The notes beneath the pieces are model-generated. The model saw nothing but the letters and a program-made list of their open reading frames with translations. It had not been told where the DNA came from and did not search any database. DNA of 64,000 nt from Podarcis tiliguerta (taxonomy: Eukaryota), in the NCBI GenBank assembly GCA_965153285.1, contig OZ229113.1; one strand, 5' to 3'. Position 1 is the first letter of the stretch. Each line of letters opens with the position of its first letter. Of the stretch, positions 23,728-36,050 are shown one piece after another. Made by a program: the position numbers and the translations under genes.

Positions 23728-25329
23728 GGGGTACTGGCATTTGAATCCTATCGGTGACCTTGATATATTCTTTTTCAATGTGTTCAACTATTGATATTTC
23801 ACTGTTCTATTGCCCTTCAAGCTCTGGATAAATATATCCCTTTACATGTAAACTGAGCACATTCAGGGGAAGAACTGCAGTGAAAGGCTAATTAATAACA
23901 GTTATGTGCAGTGCAATTGCTTCCCATCCTAGGAACTGGGAGAACTGCAGAACTGTGAATTAATTCAGTATTACATTGTCCCATGAGAGGATGCCAAATA
24001 TTATTATCCACATTAATATTATTTCTGTGTGGATTTTAGTATTTGTTATGCAGCACTGGGGCTCTTTCTGAATGCTGAGTAAGAGGTTACATGATAAGTC
24101 AAGTTCATTTATTTGTTAAAAACTGTAGGTCATCACAAGATACATACCACACATGCAGATACCTTTGAATTGTATAGATTGTACAGTACATAAATCTCCA
24201 CTGCAATTAGTATATGCATGCCTTATAATTCTTAGCTGAAGCTTAAACACTGGGTTATTTCATAGCTCACCCCCAGTTTTATGTAAGATAATCACCTTGA
24301 CAAGATTGCAGTAATTGATTGCTTTATGTTCTAGGCATATCATGCAAATAAAGCTGTCTGACAAGTGACATATTTGCTTTCCGTTAGGAGATAGAGAACG
24401 TTTCCACCGTCAAATGTAGCAGTAGGCCTATTATGCAGTTCCAAAATACATTTTCTCCCCCAGGGACTTCATACAATTGGCAGTCCAAAACGTAATGGAT
24501 AATAAATTCCTCTTCCTCTTGACCAGAGATACGCAAACATAAATTTACAGATGTATTGGAATACCTTCCATCAATATAGGCCCAGGGCATTATTTGAAGG
24601 TGAAGTCCAGTGAAGGCTTTTCTCAGGAGGAACAATATGTCAATCTGAAAAATAAATTTCAAAAATCTGGCGGTATGTTAGGTATTGGTACCACTGTAAA
24701 AACTGGGTTTTGTATTTAACTTTCAAATCTGCCTGGGCAGCTGTCACATATATCCTATTTTAGATCTTTCTCTTGAGAGCATCTGTATCAGCTGCCTCTG
24801 ACAGATCTTGGGGCATGTCATAATAAGCCATTAAAGCTTTACACAGTTTACACAGGCTAGCAGGTTAAAGCTGCTCCGTCAGGTGTTTTAGGCAGTCCGT
24901 CACCTGGCATTCATTTCAGCCATTCAACCCATTACATTATCAAAGCTCTGTGCACCTAGGGTACACAAAGGAGGGAATTGCAAATTCTGCAATGCCTACT
25001 GTTTTTGAATAGTTTTAGGAGACATTTTACATCATCTGCTGGAATGACATAAGCACTGTATGGTTGAGAATATATTTTGCACTGGTCAAAGATCTAGGTC
25101 TACTGAAAGATGCCGGTTTGAAACAAAAGCTGGTAACCACTGAATTCCCATGCAGAATAAAACCCTTCTCATTTGTCCTAGATAGTCAGACTGTATCATT
25201 TAGGTTAATAGTATGGTCTGAGGAGCATTGTAGTAAAGAATGTTATATCCTATTATATTTCCTTAATGGTTCGTGAATATATTTTTAGGGGTAGGGATTT
25301 AGCAGCCTTTACTTCTTTGGTGTCTATTA

Positions 25330-25570
25330 CAGTGGTACCTCAGGTTACATACGCTTCAGGTTACATACGCTTCAGGTTACAGACTCCGCTAACCCAGAAA
25401 TAGTGCTTCAGGTTAAGAACTTTGCTTCAGGATGAGAACAGAAATTGTGCTCTGGCAGCGCGGCAGCAGTGGGAGGCCCCATTAGCTAAAGTGGTGCTTC
25501 AGGTTAAGAACATTTCAGGTTAAGTACGGACCTCCGGAATGAATTAAGTACTTAACCTGAGGTACCACTG
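25330..25570. mobile_element. Tc1/mariner (Tigger/pogo-like) MITE
   Basis: Perfect 18-bp TIR CAGTGGTACCTCAGGTTA, TA TSD on both sides, and a repeated internal TCAGGTTA motif. Confidence 0.92.
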
Positions 25571-26307
25571 TAGTAGGTTTCTACACAAATGCTTATGCTT
25601 TCCTTTTAATCGTAGTAAAAAAATCCCTGGGGATGGTGGTAAAGGCACTTTTGTAACAGGTTTTGGAAACTGGATACAAAATTATTCTCCATTGTGAAAA
25701 TTGTCCTTTCACTTCCCGATGGCAGATGGCACCATGAATCCTTGAGGTTCTTGATGATGGAAGGATTTTGATATTCCTGATTCTGCCTCTGTTGAATTGC
25801 ATATTTGTACAAACCACATATTTGTAATAACATCCAAGAGTATAAATTGACTGCTTTAGAATTCAGCTCCCCTTCTGTATATCTAATACAGAGGTTGTGA
25901 GAAATCAAAGAGATGGCAGTAAATCTGCTTCCTTGCACTCGCTTCTGAATCTAATATCTTTTGCCTCCATTAGCATCAAATCTTTTCATCTTTTTGGCCA
26001 TTTTCCTATTTCTTATAACAGGAATATTTTGCATTAGATCTTCTGCAGTATGCTTAAACTGCATTCTGTTTCCCTTCCAAACCCCTTCCTGGGATCTATT
26101 ATTTTAAACAAAAGCATTAAACTGACTGCCTTTCTTAGTTATTGTCTCCTGCTCTCTGGGACCCTCCACTACAAGTGGGTAGAATTGTGGGGAGTTGAGT
26201 AGTGAGGGAGAGGGAGCGACCATATTGAATGTTGTTCAGAAGAGGCCTACCACCTGAACTCATGCATGGTGGCATTGAGGGTAGGAGAATGCTTGGATGT
26301 CTTATAT

Positions 26308-27260
26308 CAATCAATTTTTTTTATTATTGTCTATAGCCAATGGCCATTGAAATACAATATAAGCACAAATCACACAACTACAGAACGAAAGACAGTACAT
26401 GCACCAGACCATGACAAATCAACAGTGTCCAGAATTTAAATAAACATTCCTTCTGGTCAGCATCCCTAGGGTTTGCCACTTGCACTATCCAAAAAGGTTG
26501 TCCTTATCTTTCTTACCGCTAGTGCAAATAGTACCACCCTATAACATGCATTTATCAACATCTACCAACAGCCATTTAATTTTATAAACATCTGGTTGAC
26601 CTTGTAAGGCAGTCTGAAAAGGGGAGATAAATTTGGCTCTGGGTGAATCGTACAATGGGCAATATAGAATATAATGTACAAGATCCTCAATAGACCCTGA
26701 CCCACATATACAGAGGCGCTCTCTTGCAGGTCTGCTAGTATATCTCCCAGCAAGCATCGTCTGGAATCTGAGCTGGGTAAAAGCATGTCTAACAGGGGGA
26801 AAAAATAGTTCTCACAAGTACATATCCCTTTTGTGGTCTGTTTTAATTTTAATATACCAAATAACGGATTTAGTAGGGGGTTTTTTTGTATTCAATATCT
26901 CTTTGTGCATCTTTGCTAAACACAATATCTTGTGACTAGAAGTTGGAGAGCTCAAATAACTCTGCATCAGATCTCTACCAGATTTTACCCAGGCAAAAAT
27001 ATAAATAAAATAAAATAAATATTTTGGCTAAGTGTTGTTCTGGTTGCAATAATATTTTTCCCCAGATTTGTGTATACGGCCTTTTATAGAGGATAGACCT
27101 AGTTCAGTCCTTAGTAGTGCTCTGGGTGTACCATGTGGCACTGCCAATATCATACACAGGAACCTATTTCGAATTACATCAAGTTCCTCCCTTCAGTGGT
27201 TACCCCAGATTAGTGCACCATATAAAAGGTGAGCCACAATCTTGACTACAAAAATCTTAA
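26308..27260 (-). mobile_element. Non-LTR retrotransposon 3' fragment, probably RTE-X clade
   Basis: The minus strand reads KIFVVKIVAHLLYGALIWG, GTPRALLRTELGL and the C-terminal zinc-knuckle RLCICGSGSIEDLVHYILYCPLYDSPR. It has an A-rich tail and a possible decayed TSD GTCTT(A/C)TAT. Confidence 0.75.
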
Positions 27261-28789
27261 GTCTTCTATAGCTAGCAGTGTATGAGAGAAGAGGTGGTAG
27301 GAATAGTGGTGGTGGTTGCTGCCCTGTGGCTTTTTTTCTGATCAGGTCCTACTTAGGTAGATGTGAGGAAGGAACAATGGCGATGGTGTGATTATTTCTC
27401 TTCTGTTTTTTGGGGAGGGGGAGTTTATCAGTAGCAAAATGCATTTCCTAGGCACACTGCTTGGAGGAATAAATTAGATTTCTTGGATACCAACATATTG
27501 TAAAAGTGCAGAGATGTGTGCACAAATATTGCAAAGAGCAATAATGAAACATGGCTTTACTTACCTCTGCAGTGAGTGAACACCTTTCACTAGAGAAGTG
27601 AACTTGAGATGTTTGAAATGTCTCTATAGTGAATGAAGTTCTCTGGACTCGAGCCTGTCAGTTTCATTTTTGCTATTTAGCAGCAAGTCCAGAATAACCT
27701 GCAACATTGTACCTTGGAGAATTGTGAGCAAAAGTCCAGTGATGAAATTGACAAGTTCTAGACGGAAAAGGAGAGGCTCCTTCACAGCAGAGTTAAAATG
27801 GAGAAGAGGATTGAAATAATTTTTCAATATCTTGAGCAGTAGTCTACTCTAGTGCTGCTGCTTAAGATCTTTTAAAACAAAGCAAATCAGGAGAAGTTAA
27901 AAAGTGAACTTTGACCTTGTACATGCAAAGCCTATGCTGAACTACTGAGTTGTGACCTTCTTTCACTTTCCATGGGAGAAAGTGTTGTAATGAGAGATAA
28001 TTCATTTGTTCCATGCTAGAAGTCTACAGAGAGAATGTTCAACCATCTTCAATACAATTATACTAAACAAATTATTTCAGAATCCTAGAGTATCAAAAGG
28101 CAAAGGACACACAGGAAGCAGTAGCTGCAGCCCTGATTAAGGGGTTAATGACATTGCATCATGTGCTTGGGAGTTCTTCTGCAATAATACTGACAAATGT
28201 TCATATCCTTGAGTAGGAAACATTGCACAAAGAAACAATATTTTTCTGTGGAAGGACTTTCCCCCCTTTCCAAGATCTCCTGCAAAGGTATTTCTGCTTC
28301 TCTTCCTTGGGTAATTGAGTCCATAGATCTTCAGTTTTTCTCATGTGTTTTCTCCAGGAACAGTTTGGCGACTGGGACATGGTAGCATCATGAATAAATA
28401 TCATTTTGAAAGAGAGTTCATTTCCCCTGAATTAATTCAGCCTGACATGGAGTGCAGGAACATGTGCCATCTGGTCAAATCTGCCTTGATTTTTTTGAGC
28501 AAAGGGGGGAGGGTAACTGATACTTTTATGAACCAGAGAAGCTGTGGAAATGCTAATCCCTAGGTACTGAAAACACAAGATGCTAATCGGAAATTAAAAT
28601 GGGTCTGTACTCACAGTCCAGTAAGGTAGCACAGGTCATAATGTTAATCCCCAAGGAAATGAACCATTTCCTTCCTCAATAAGCCTTGGGCACAACAATC
28701 TAGAATTTGTTGTAATCAACATTAGATTTCATTTTATGTTGATTTACTAGCTGGATTTCTTTTATTTTAGAACTAGCATATTCACAGAA

Positions 28790-28910
28790 CAGACTTCCCC
28801 AACCTACTGCTCTCCAGTTGTTTTGGGCTACAATGCCCACTATCTCCAGTCTGCATATCCAGTGATCAGGGCTGATGGGAGATGCAAGGTCACCAGATTG
28901 AGAAAGCCTG
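28790..28910. mobile_element. hAT-like MITE
   Basis: TIR-like ends CAGACTTCCCCAACC / reverse complement CAGGCTTTCTCAATC. The 8-bp flanks TCACAGAA and TCACAGAG match 7/8, consistent with an hAT TSD. Confidence 0.75.
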
Positions 28911-30060
28911 TCACAGAGCATAATATTCCAGCTCCTCATCCTTCTGTCAAAAGTCATCTGGTTGGACACTGAGAGACTTTGAAGGGTTCTCCTTATGTAT
29001 AAGATGATTAAAACCCAAAGAAGTCCTGTCCTCCCCCCACTCCCCAACCACACACACTGCCTGCTCACAGTATAGAAGCCTGCATTCGTTATAATTCATT
29101 CATTTTTACCCTACTTTTCTACAAAACATATCTAAGGCAGCCTTCAATAGTAAACACACAATAGTAATAAAGTCACACCACAGTTGAAATAGCAATGTAA
29201 TATCCACAGATTAAGAGCCAACAACGCTAAGATAGACTAGAACAGTAATTAAAACAGTAGCAGCAGTAGTCTACAATGGGCTTTCCTGCACTAGTTCAAA
29301 ACCTGTAAAACCTCCAGGGCATCTCCACGTATACTTGGACAATCCACCTTCCTGGCATGCACAGTAGGCTAACAAACTGAGCTACTTTGAATGAGTTACA
29401 GCACAGTTGGATGGTTTAGGATACACTCTCATTACATTTTGCATGCAGTGCATCTCTAAATACTAAATCCTTCACTAAGCAGGGAGTTAGGGCTGGGGTA
29501 GTTAACCTCCAAGGTCCTTTCAAAATCTATGATTCTGTGAACCATTGGGCGAATCGTATTTCATTAGCAAATACCGCAGGAAGCACAGATGTGATGCCAG
29601 CCATTGAAGGAGATTGTGAGTTCCTTCTCTTAAGCACGTTCAGCTTCCACTTTAGTTTTCTCCTTCTTTTTTGTACTCCCCACTGCTGGCTATTTGAAGG
29701 TCCTTCTTCCACCCACAAAGCCTTTGCTTGAGATTACTTAATGTGATTGTATGCATGACTGCACCAAGATTCTTTTTGTGCAGTGTTCCTCCAGTGCGCT
29801 TGGGTTACCTGTAGAGAGTAGAAAGAGGCAGGCACCTGTGAACTGAATGAACATGTCATGCATCTATCACCTCACAGTGGGGAGGGGGAAGTTCTCACTT
29901 CTCTTTAGGAAATGCTCAGGGAGACAGGCATGGATAACCAGCCATGATGTTCCTTTTGCACAATCCTTTCTTGTGCCCCTGAGACAGCACACTAGTGCCA
30001 GAGCCTTGGAGCTGCCGTTGAACTGGACGAGCCTTCCCTTGTTGCTCAAACCAAAGAATA

Positions 30061-30209
30061 AGGTTGGGTGCACACCATGCATATTAAAGCACATTTCCCC
30101 TTCTAAAGAATCCTAGAAACAATTTGCTAAGGGTGCTGGGAATTGTAGTGACAGTTCCCAAGATCATGTGCCTTAAAAGTGTATTAAATGTATGGTGTGT
30201 ACACAGCCC
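30061..30209. mobile_element. Palindromic MITE (possibly PIF/Harbinger-like)
   Basis: Ends ggttgggtgcacaccatgcat / atgtatggtgtgtacacagccc are inverted copies, with internal inverted aaagcacat / atgtgcctt. The superfamily call is tentative. Confidence 0.55.
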
Positions 30210-32378
30210 AACAGCTTGGACTGACCTATCATGTGAGTTGCTCTGATCTCTTCTTGTTTAACCTTCTGTACTGATCTAGGCTCTGGTCCTGTTCTAGACC
30301 AAAGTCCTGGCAGTCTGCCTCCCTTTCATATATCTTCTTTCCTAAGTCCATTCTGTCTTGTTTTTATTTGTGATTTTAAAACAACAACCTGCACTTAGCA
30401 TCTGCATAAAAAAGAATTTGGGGTCGTGTGAGGGCTGCCTTTACACTTTTACATATAACACATTAGCCACTCCAAAACCTGGATACCATGGCTGCTAGTG
30501 CGGCTGTTGCTGCATACTTTTCAGAATGGGCCTGCAAGCACTCCCGGGAGAGATGGGACTTGATGGTGCGCCATATCTCAAGGACTTTGTATGGGTGAAA
30601 AATATCTGTCCCATTACTACTTCTGTGTCTATTTAGCATTAAATTTGATTTGGTTCATAATTATAAATAGCTTTGAATGTTACCAGACTTCCTGTATTTT
30701 GTTTTGTGCTGTTGCTCATGATGGCTCCCACCCCTGCACCCCATCGGCAACTGCAAGAGTTCTGACCACCAGCTTGCATTAAATATAGAAGAATACAATT
30801 GAAGAAGTCAAAGCTGGATATATAGGACACGAAAACTAATAGACGGAACAAAATGGAGTGGACTACATGGTGTGCTTAATAATAATAATAAAACAGACTG
30901 TATCCATGCAGTTAGTTTGCAGATGAGCTAGTCCATGGTCACACAATCTTTGAACAGCAAACTCCATAGATAACTCATTCAGATGTGCATATTTGTATAT
31001 AAATGACTGGGTTAAAGATGCAATAAACTGGAGAAGATTAGAAGTTGTTATATATTGTGAAGAGCGCATGCTTTGCATGCGGAAAATACCAGGTTCATTT
31101 ACTCAAAACGCATCCTGCTGTTTTATCTGGGCTGGTAAGCTGTTAGCTTCAGTTTTATGTGCTCTCAATTGATGTGCTGTTTTTACCTATATAAAGTCAT
31201 GAATGGCTTGGGATCTGGGTGCTATGTGAGTTGCTCCTCCATGTTCTCCTAAGACATGGCCTTTTATGTTGTGGCATCTGTGTTGCAGTGGTCCAGGGGT
31301 TGAAGATCCATTACTACCTCTGCAGACAGAGGGCCTGTCTCCACCGTCCACTCAGCATAAAGTGGGAGCTTTTTAGCCACCGTGTGCTTCAAAGTTAAGC
31401 ATTTAGGAACACTGAAAACACCAGGTGCTTCAGTTCCAAGGCAATAGTGTGCAAGTTCTGTTACAAACAATGGAACTTCCTAGAAAACACAACTAAAGTC
31501 ATTCTGAAAAGATACTGAAGTACCCAAATTATTTCCTAAGTATATGCACCAAAAATAATAGATCTAGCATTCCTAATTGCATAATTGTAAGTTTATTGAA
31601 TAATCTTAGAAGGGGCCTGGCTGTGACTATCATGAAATGACTCTGCAATTGTGCTGTGTGGCATGTACCCTGTGGGAATGCCCTACTAATTAAGGTTTGC
31701 CTGGCCCCATCACTATATGCTTCTTAGCACCTGGTAAAAACTTGCCCTTTAGTAGTGCCTTCCTTGCTGTGGTGTTTGTGCTCCAAGTTTGTGATGGTTT
31801 CCATTTTTTTCATCCTATTTTTATTGATCCTAATTTGTGTTGGTGATTTTTTTCTGCTGTTCTTTATTGTTTTATTGGGTACGTTGTTTAAGTGTGCTTA
31901 ATTTCTATCGTTTACTACTTTTGTTTGCTTGAAAGAAAACCAGGGTGTGAATTATTGAAATAAAATAACCAAAACCTACACTGAATGTCTGCATAGGCCT
32001 AGTGTGGTGAACATGGACTCAGGGAGACCTGAATTCAAGTAACTCCTGTTTAGCTGGGAAGCTTTCTTGGTGGTATTGGGAAAGCTGCTATCTGGCAGCC
32101 TACCAATGCATGCCATGCAGAGCACTTTGGAGCAAGGGGGAGGGGATGTAATAAATAATGAGTATTATTTCTGTTTCTTGAGCACATCTCAAGTGTGTGT
32201 GCTGGCTGAGATTGCTCTCTCCTGTATTTTCACCTGTGTTGGGAGCTCTTAGACAAGCTAGATGGTCCTTACTCTCAGCATTCTTTTGTGGGCACTTACC
32301 TTTGTCAGATCCTGCATTGCCCTTTGAGATAGTGTGCGCCTAACTCTTAGTGAGTGCCTGAATTCTGTTCTGTTCTGA

Positions 32379-32670
32379 ACACATAACAGCAGTCTTGACC
32401 CGACTGCACTGGCCCAACTGCTACTAGTTAGTTTCTGGGTTTAGTTCAAAGTGTTGGTTTTGACTGATGTGGCTCAGAACCCAATACCTTAAGGACCACC
32501 AGGACCCTACAATTGTCATCGAAAACATTCTCCATGTGAGCGCTCAATGGGAAGCCAGGACGGTGACAACAAGAGAATAAGCCTTTTTCGTGGTGATTGC
32601 ATGCTGGTGGTGCCCTCTTCATCTAGTTTAAGGCTCTAGGCAAAAATTTCCCTTTCTACTTGGGTTTTGG
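32379..32670 (+). mobile_element. Decayed L2 LINE ORF2 fragment
   Basis: cacataacagcagtcttgacccgactgcactgg reads HITAVLTRLHW; gttcaaagtgttggttttgac reads FKVLVL. Homologous to the L2 at 15 kb. Confidence 0.65.
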
Positions 32671-34017
32671 CTCTTAATTTGAAGAGTTTTAAAGTATTTT
32701 TGGCCACTTCTGTTGGGCAGGGTCTGCTAGACCTATCTTTTGTTTGCATAGTTGTATATTATTTGTTTCTTTTTAGGTTTTTATTTTAGGTGCTTATTGT
32801 AATTGCTTTTAGTTTTATTGTGTTTGTAAGTAATTTTGAATCATTGTTACTAGTAAAGTGATTAATAAAGTGTCGTCGTCATCTTTGGTATGGATGAAAT
32901 GTGGACGCTTACATTTCCCCTGTTTTCATGCTCCTCAGCAGACTCAGGCAAAATTCCACAGAATAGGGTGTCACCATCAATATGCATGAGTGAGTGAGCT
33001 TGTGACAGGCAAGCTGCCCATCTAGAAGATGGAAAGTTTCTAAAACCTGGGAAAGTTTATCATACTAAATGGGCCAAAAGGAACATGCAGAATAGAAGGA
33101 TTCTGTCAGGGCCATCCTGAATAAATTGAGTGAACAGGCTGCCTATGCTAAATAGATGCCCATTATTGAGATTTTATTCTTACCCTTACAATCTTGGGGG
33201 TTTCTTTATAATGATATATTGACTCTCAGTTCTTACTGGATATATTGACTTTTAAAAGATGCATTCATTTGCTAATTTTCAGATAGTCACCCCATGCTAA
33301 ACAAAAATGAATAACACTAAGGTTGCAGTCCTAATACCTGCTTACTTGGGAGTAATTCCCAATTGACCTCAGTGACTTTTTTATTAGCAGACTTGTATAG
33401 ATACGATTGCAGTATTAAAGAGGAAGCTTACGAAAACAAGCTAAAAGGGTTCCCAAGTGGCAATACTGAAGTCCCAGTTCCCTTTGCCTGAATATAAACA
33501 TCATTCTGAATGCAGAAAATGAAGTCAAAGGAATAGACCTTGGGTTACTTCTAGCCTGAAATGTGCTAGTACTTGGATTTTGGTGGTTCTTCAGTTGGAG
33601 TCTGAAGCACATCACATATGGGCAGCCTGCTGCTCATGAACCACGTGTGAACTGCTGCCCAAATCACCCATCACCACCACTGAATTCCCTCAATGCTGCC
33701 ACATTCTGTTGCCTTCCCACCATTTCCCCAAGCCGGGCCCACATGCTGTCCTGCCCATGTAAATTGCTCTTCCTCCCTACAGAACAGGCCACAAAACAGT
33801 CATTGAGTGGGGTGAGAGTTCACATTTAACCAGGAGGACAGCAGTGGGGAGGGTTAACTCTGAGTGTCTGTATGGGTATGAATGCAAGGCTCTTCCAACT
33901 GTCAGCTACTCCGGTCATGTCCACTGGTCTGCAACCCCTGACCACCAACCAATGGTTGCATGTGGCCTTTGCATGGTTCCTGTTAGGAACTGAGGTCCAG
34001 TGTGAGAAGGAAATCAG

Positions 34018-34190
34018 AATGCAGAAAGTGCCCTTGGAACAGACCATGACTCAGTGACGGAGTTATAGCTCAGTTATAGCTGGGAAAGACTCACATCAGA
34101 TGCCCTGGAGAGCTGCTGCCTGTTAGAGTAGATCATACCAAGCTAGATGAACCAATTGTCTTATTCAGTATAAGGCAGCTTTCTATGTTT
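34018..34190 (+). mobile_element. tRNA-Ala-type SINE, decayed
   Basis: ccctggagagctgctgcc...agctagatgaaccaattgtcttattcagtataaggcagcttt matches the body and tail of the 11213 copy. Confidence 0.65.
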
Positions 34191-34316
34191 GATGGCTATT
34201 CTAAGATGGTACCTGACACCTGCAGCTTCCAAGAGTACTCAGGTTAAAAAATGAGTAAATTGAACAACAATGTTTTGCCCAGTTATTCAGGGATGCTTTT
34301 TAATCAATCAAAGGGC

Positions 34317-34339
34317 TTTTTTTTTTTTTTTTTTTTTTT
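34317..34339. repeat. Poly(T)23 tract
   Basis: Homopolymer run. Confidence 0.95.
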
Positions 34340-34879
34340 GCTGATTGACCTAACTGATTGATTAATTAATTAATTAATTTGTTTCAATTAATTTACTGGA
34401 AACGATTACTAAAATGGGGACTTCCATGTGCAATGGAAGGCTGTGCTTGTTCACTTTAAAAACGCAGCACACAAATTAATTCATATCTAAGGGAAGAGCA
34501 GACAGTGCATCTCAGCAGGCTGCTCTTCTGCTCCTTGGTTTCTAGACTGATAAAAATGTAAGACAGCATTATGAGCAAACAGGCTGAGTCAGGGAAAACA
34601 CTCCTCTTAGTTTCAGTGGTGTTTATGCAGCACCCAGCCAATGGGGGCACTGACCCAGGAGCCTCCTAAGTGCAGCCTTAAAATTAATAATGAATAATGA
34701 GATTTAATGACCATTATAATCTTCTCTTATGGAGTGTTAATGGCCGTGAGATTATCAAGAGCAGCTGAAAAATGCAGCATAGGCAGATGAGGGAATCCCA
34801 CAGGGGTAGCCTTTTATCAAATATAAAAGAGAGGAAAAAGCCAAACATCAAAAACTGCAAAACAGAGTTAAGAAATGAA

Positions 34880-35070
34880 GAGCATAGTGTAGTGGTTTGG
34901 ATGGTGAGTTGGGAAGTATTAGCCTTGAACTCATAGGAGAGCCTTATTCTCCCAGCCTCATCTGTTGAATGGGAATAAAGATAGATACTTGCCTACCTTA
35001 GAGGTGTAGTGAGGATTTCCGATATTTTGTATGTGAAGCACACACTTTGAGCAATTAGAAACAGTATTAA
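34880..35070 (+). mobile_element. Old MIR/CORE-SINE-like relic
   Basis: tagtgtagtgg head, cctcatctgttgaatgggaataa, cctaccttagaggtgtagtgaggatt and tatgtgaagcac resemble the MIR core and tail. Confidence 0.55.
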
Positions 35071-35574
35071 AAACTGTCAAGGATTATTATCACTAGTTTG
35101 TGCGGTCATCATACTTCTTCATCTCTAGTCAGTGCATGTTCCTGTTGAATTCCTGTAGTTTTTCATACCACAAATATTCTCTGTGTTGTTGTTTTTGTCC
35201 CACTTTAGTTGCGCTGCAGCCCCTCTGGTTAGCAACAATGTGCTAGCAATGGGAAAGCACTGCAGAACAACTAATAAAGCAGAGTAAATCTACTACTGAT
35301 TCATTATTATTGTGCCAGGAACAAATTGCAGAATGTTGCTATGTTGGCATCTGTCTGTCTTGAGAGACAATGGAGTGTGCCTCTGGAGGTGAAGTGCTAG
35401 CAGCACTGAAGTGACCTTCCTGGGGTGCAAGCCTGAGCAGTGTGTATTGAAGTTATGGCCAAGATGACAAAAAATAAATAAAAATCCCTCTTGGCCTTGC
35501 TGATGTGGTTCAGGGCAATGCGCTTGGCACCAGCTTGGGTGTAAGAGTTGCTGGAAGGAGGCATACAGGTCACC

Positions 35575-36050
35575 ATCCAACCATCTTAGGGACTCCATTC
35601 CAGATTTGTGTAGGGTTTACTCCTTAGCTTTTTCTTCTCCCAAAGATATCACACAAGGCAGCAGAGATTAGGGATCAGAGTTGTCCTTCTCCTAGAGTAG
35701 CTACCTTCCCAGGTTGACAATCCCCGTCTTCCCCTCGCTTCCTTCTATAGCATATGCAGAAACCACCTTGATCATTGGACCCACCATTGGTCTCATCTGC
35801 TCAATCTGCTGGAATCTGTCTTCACATGCAGGGGAAGTCCCTAACTCACCAATGGTTTGAGACCCATTAGCTACCCTCACTTGGTTTAGTTGGCCAGTTG
35901 AAGTCGTTCCCAGAGTGTGGTTGCATGCTGACAGGAGCCACAGGTGAGACCTGAGTGTAGGGTGGGGACCAAAGATGGAGAACCTATCCCAGAAGGAGCA
36001 CAACATGCCCCCATCAGAGGTACGACCCCTCCCCTAACACCCCATAGACC
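35575..36050 (-). mobile_element. RTE-clade retroelement-derived fragment (non-coding part)
   Basis: tccttctcctagagtagctaccttcccaggttgac and gctaccctcacttggtttag resemble reversed RTE 5'-region motifs, from recall only. Confidence 0.4.

Noticed and set aside
24464-24491. 28-nt micro-exon candidate after TTTTCTCCCCCAG
   Set aside because: Weak donor (AAC|GTAATG), frameshifting length and no recognisable peptide.
27566-27698. Minus-strand exon candidate (TTGCAG acceptor ... GAG|GTAAGT donor)
   Set aside because: Stop codons in all three frames and a poor pyrimidine tract.
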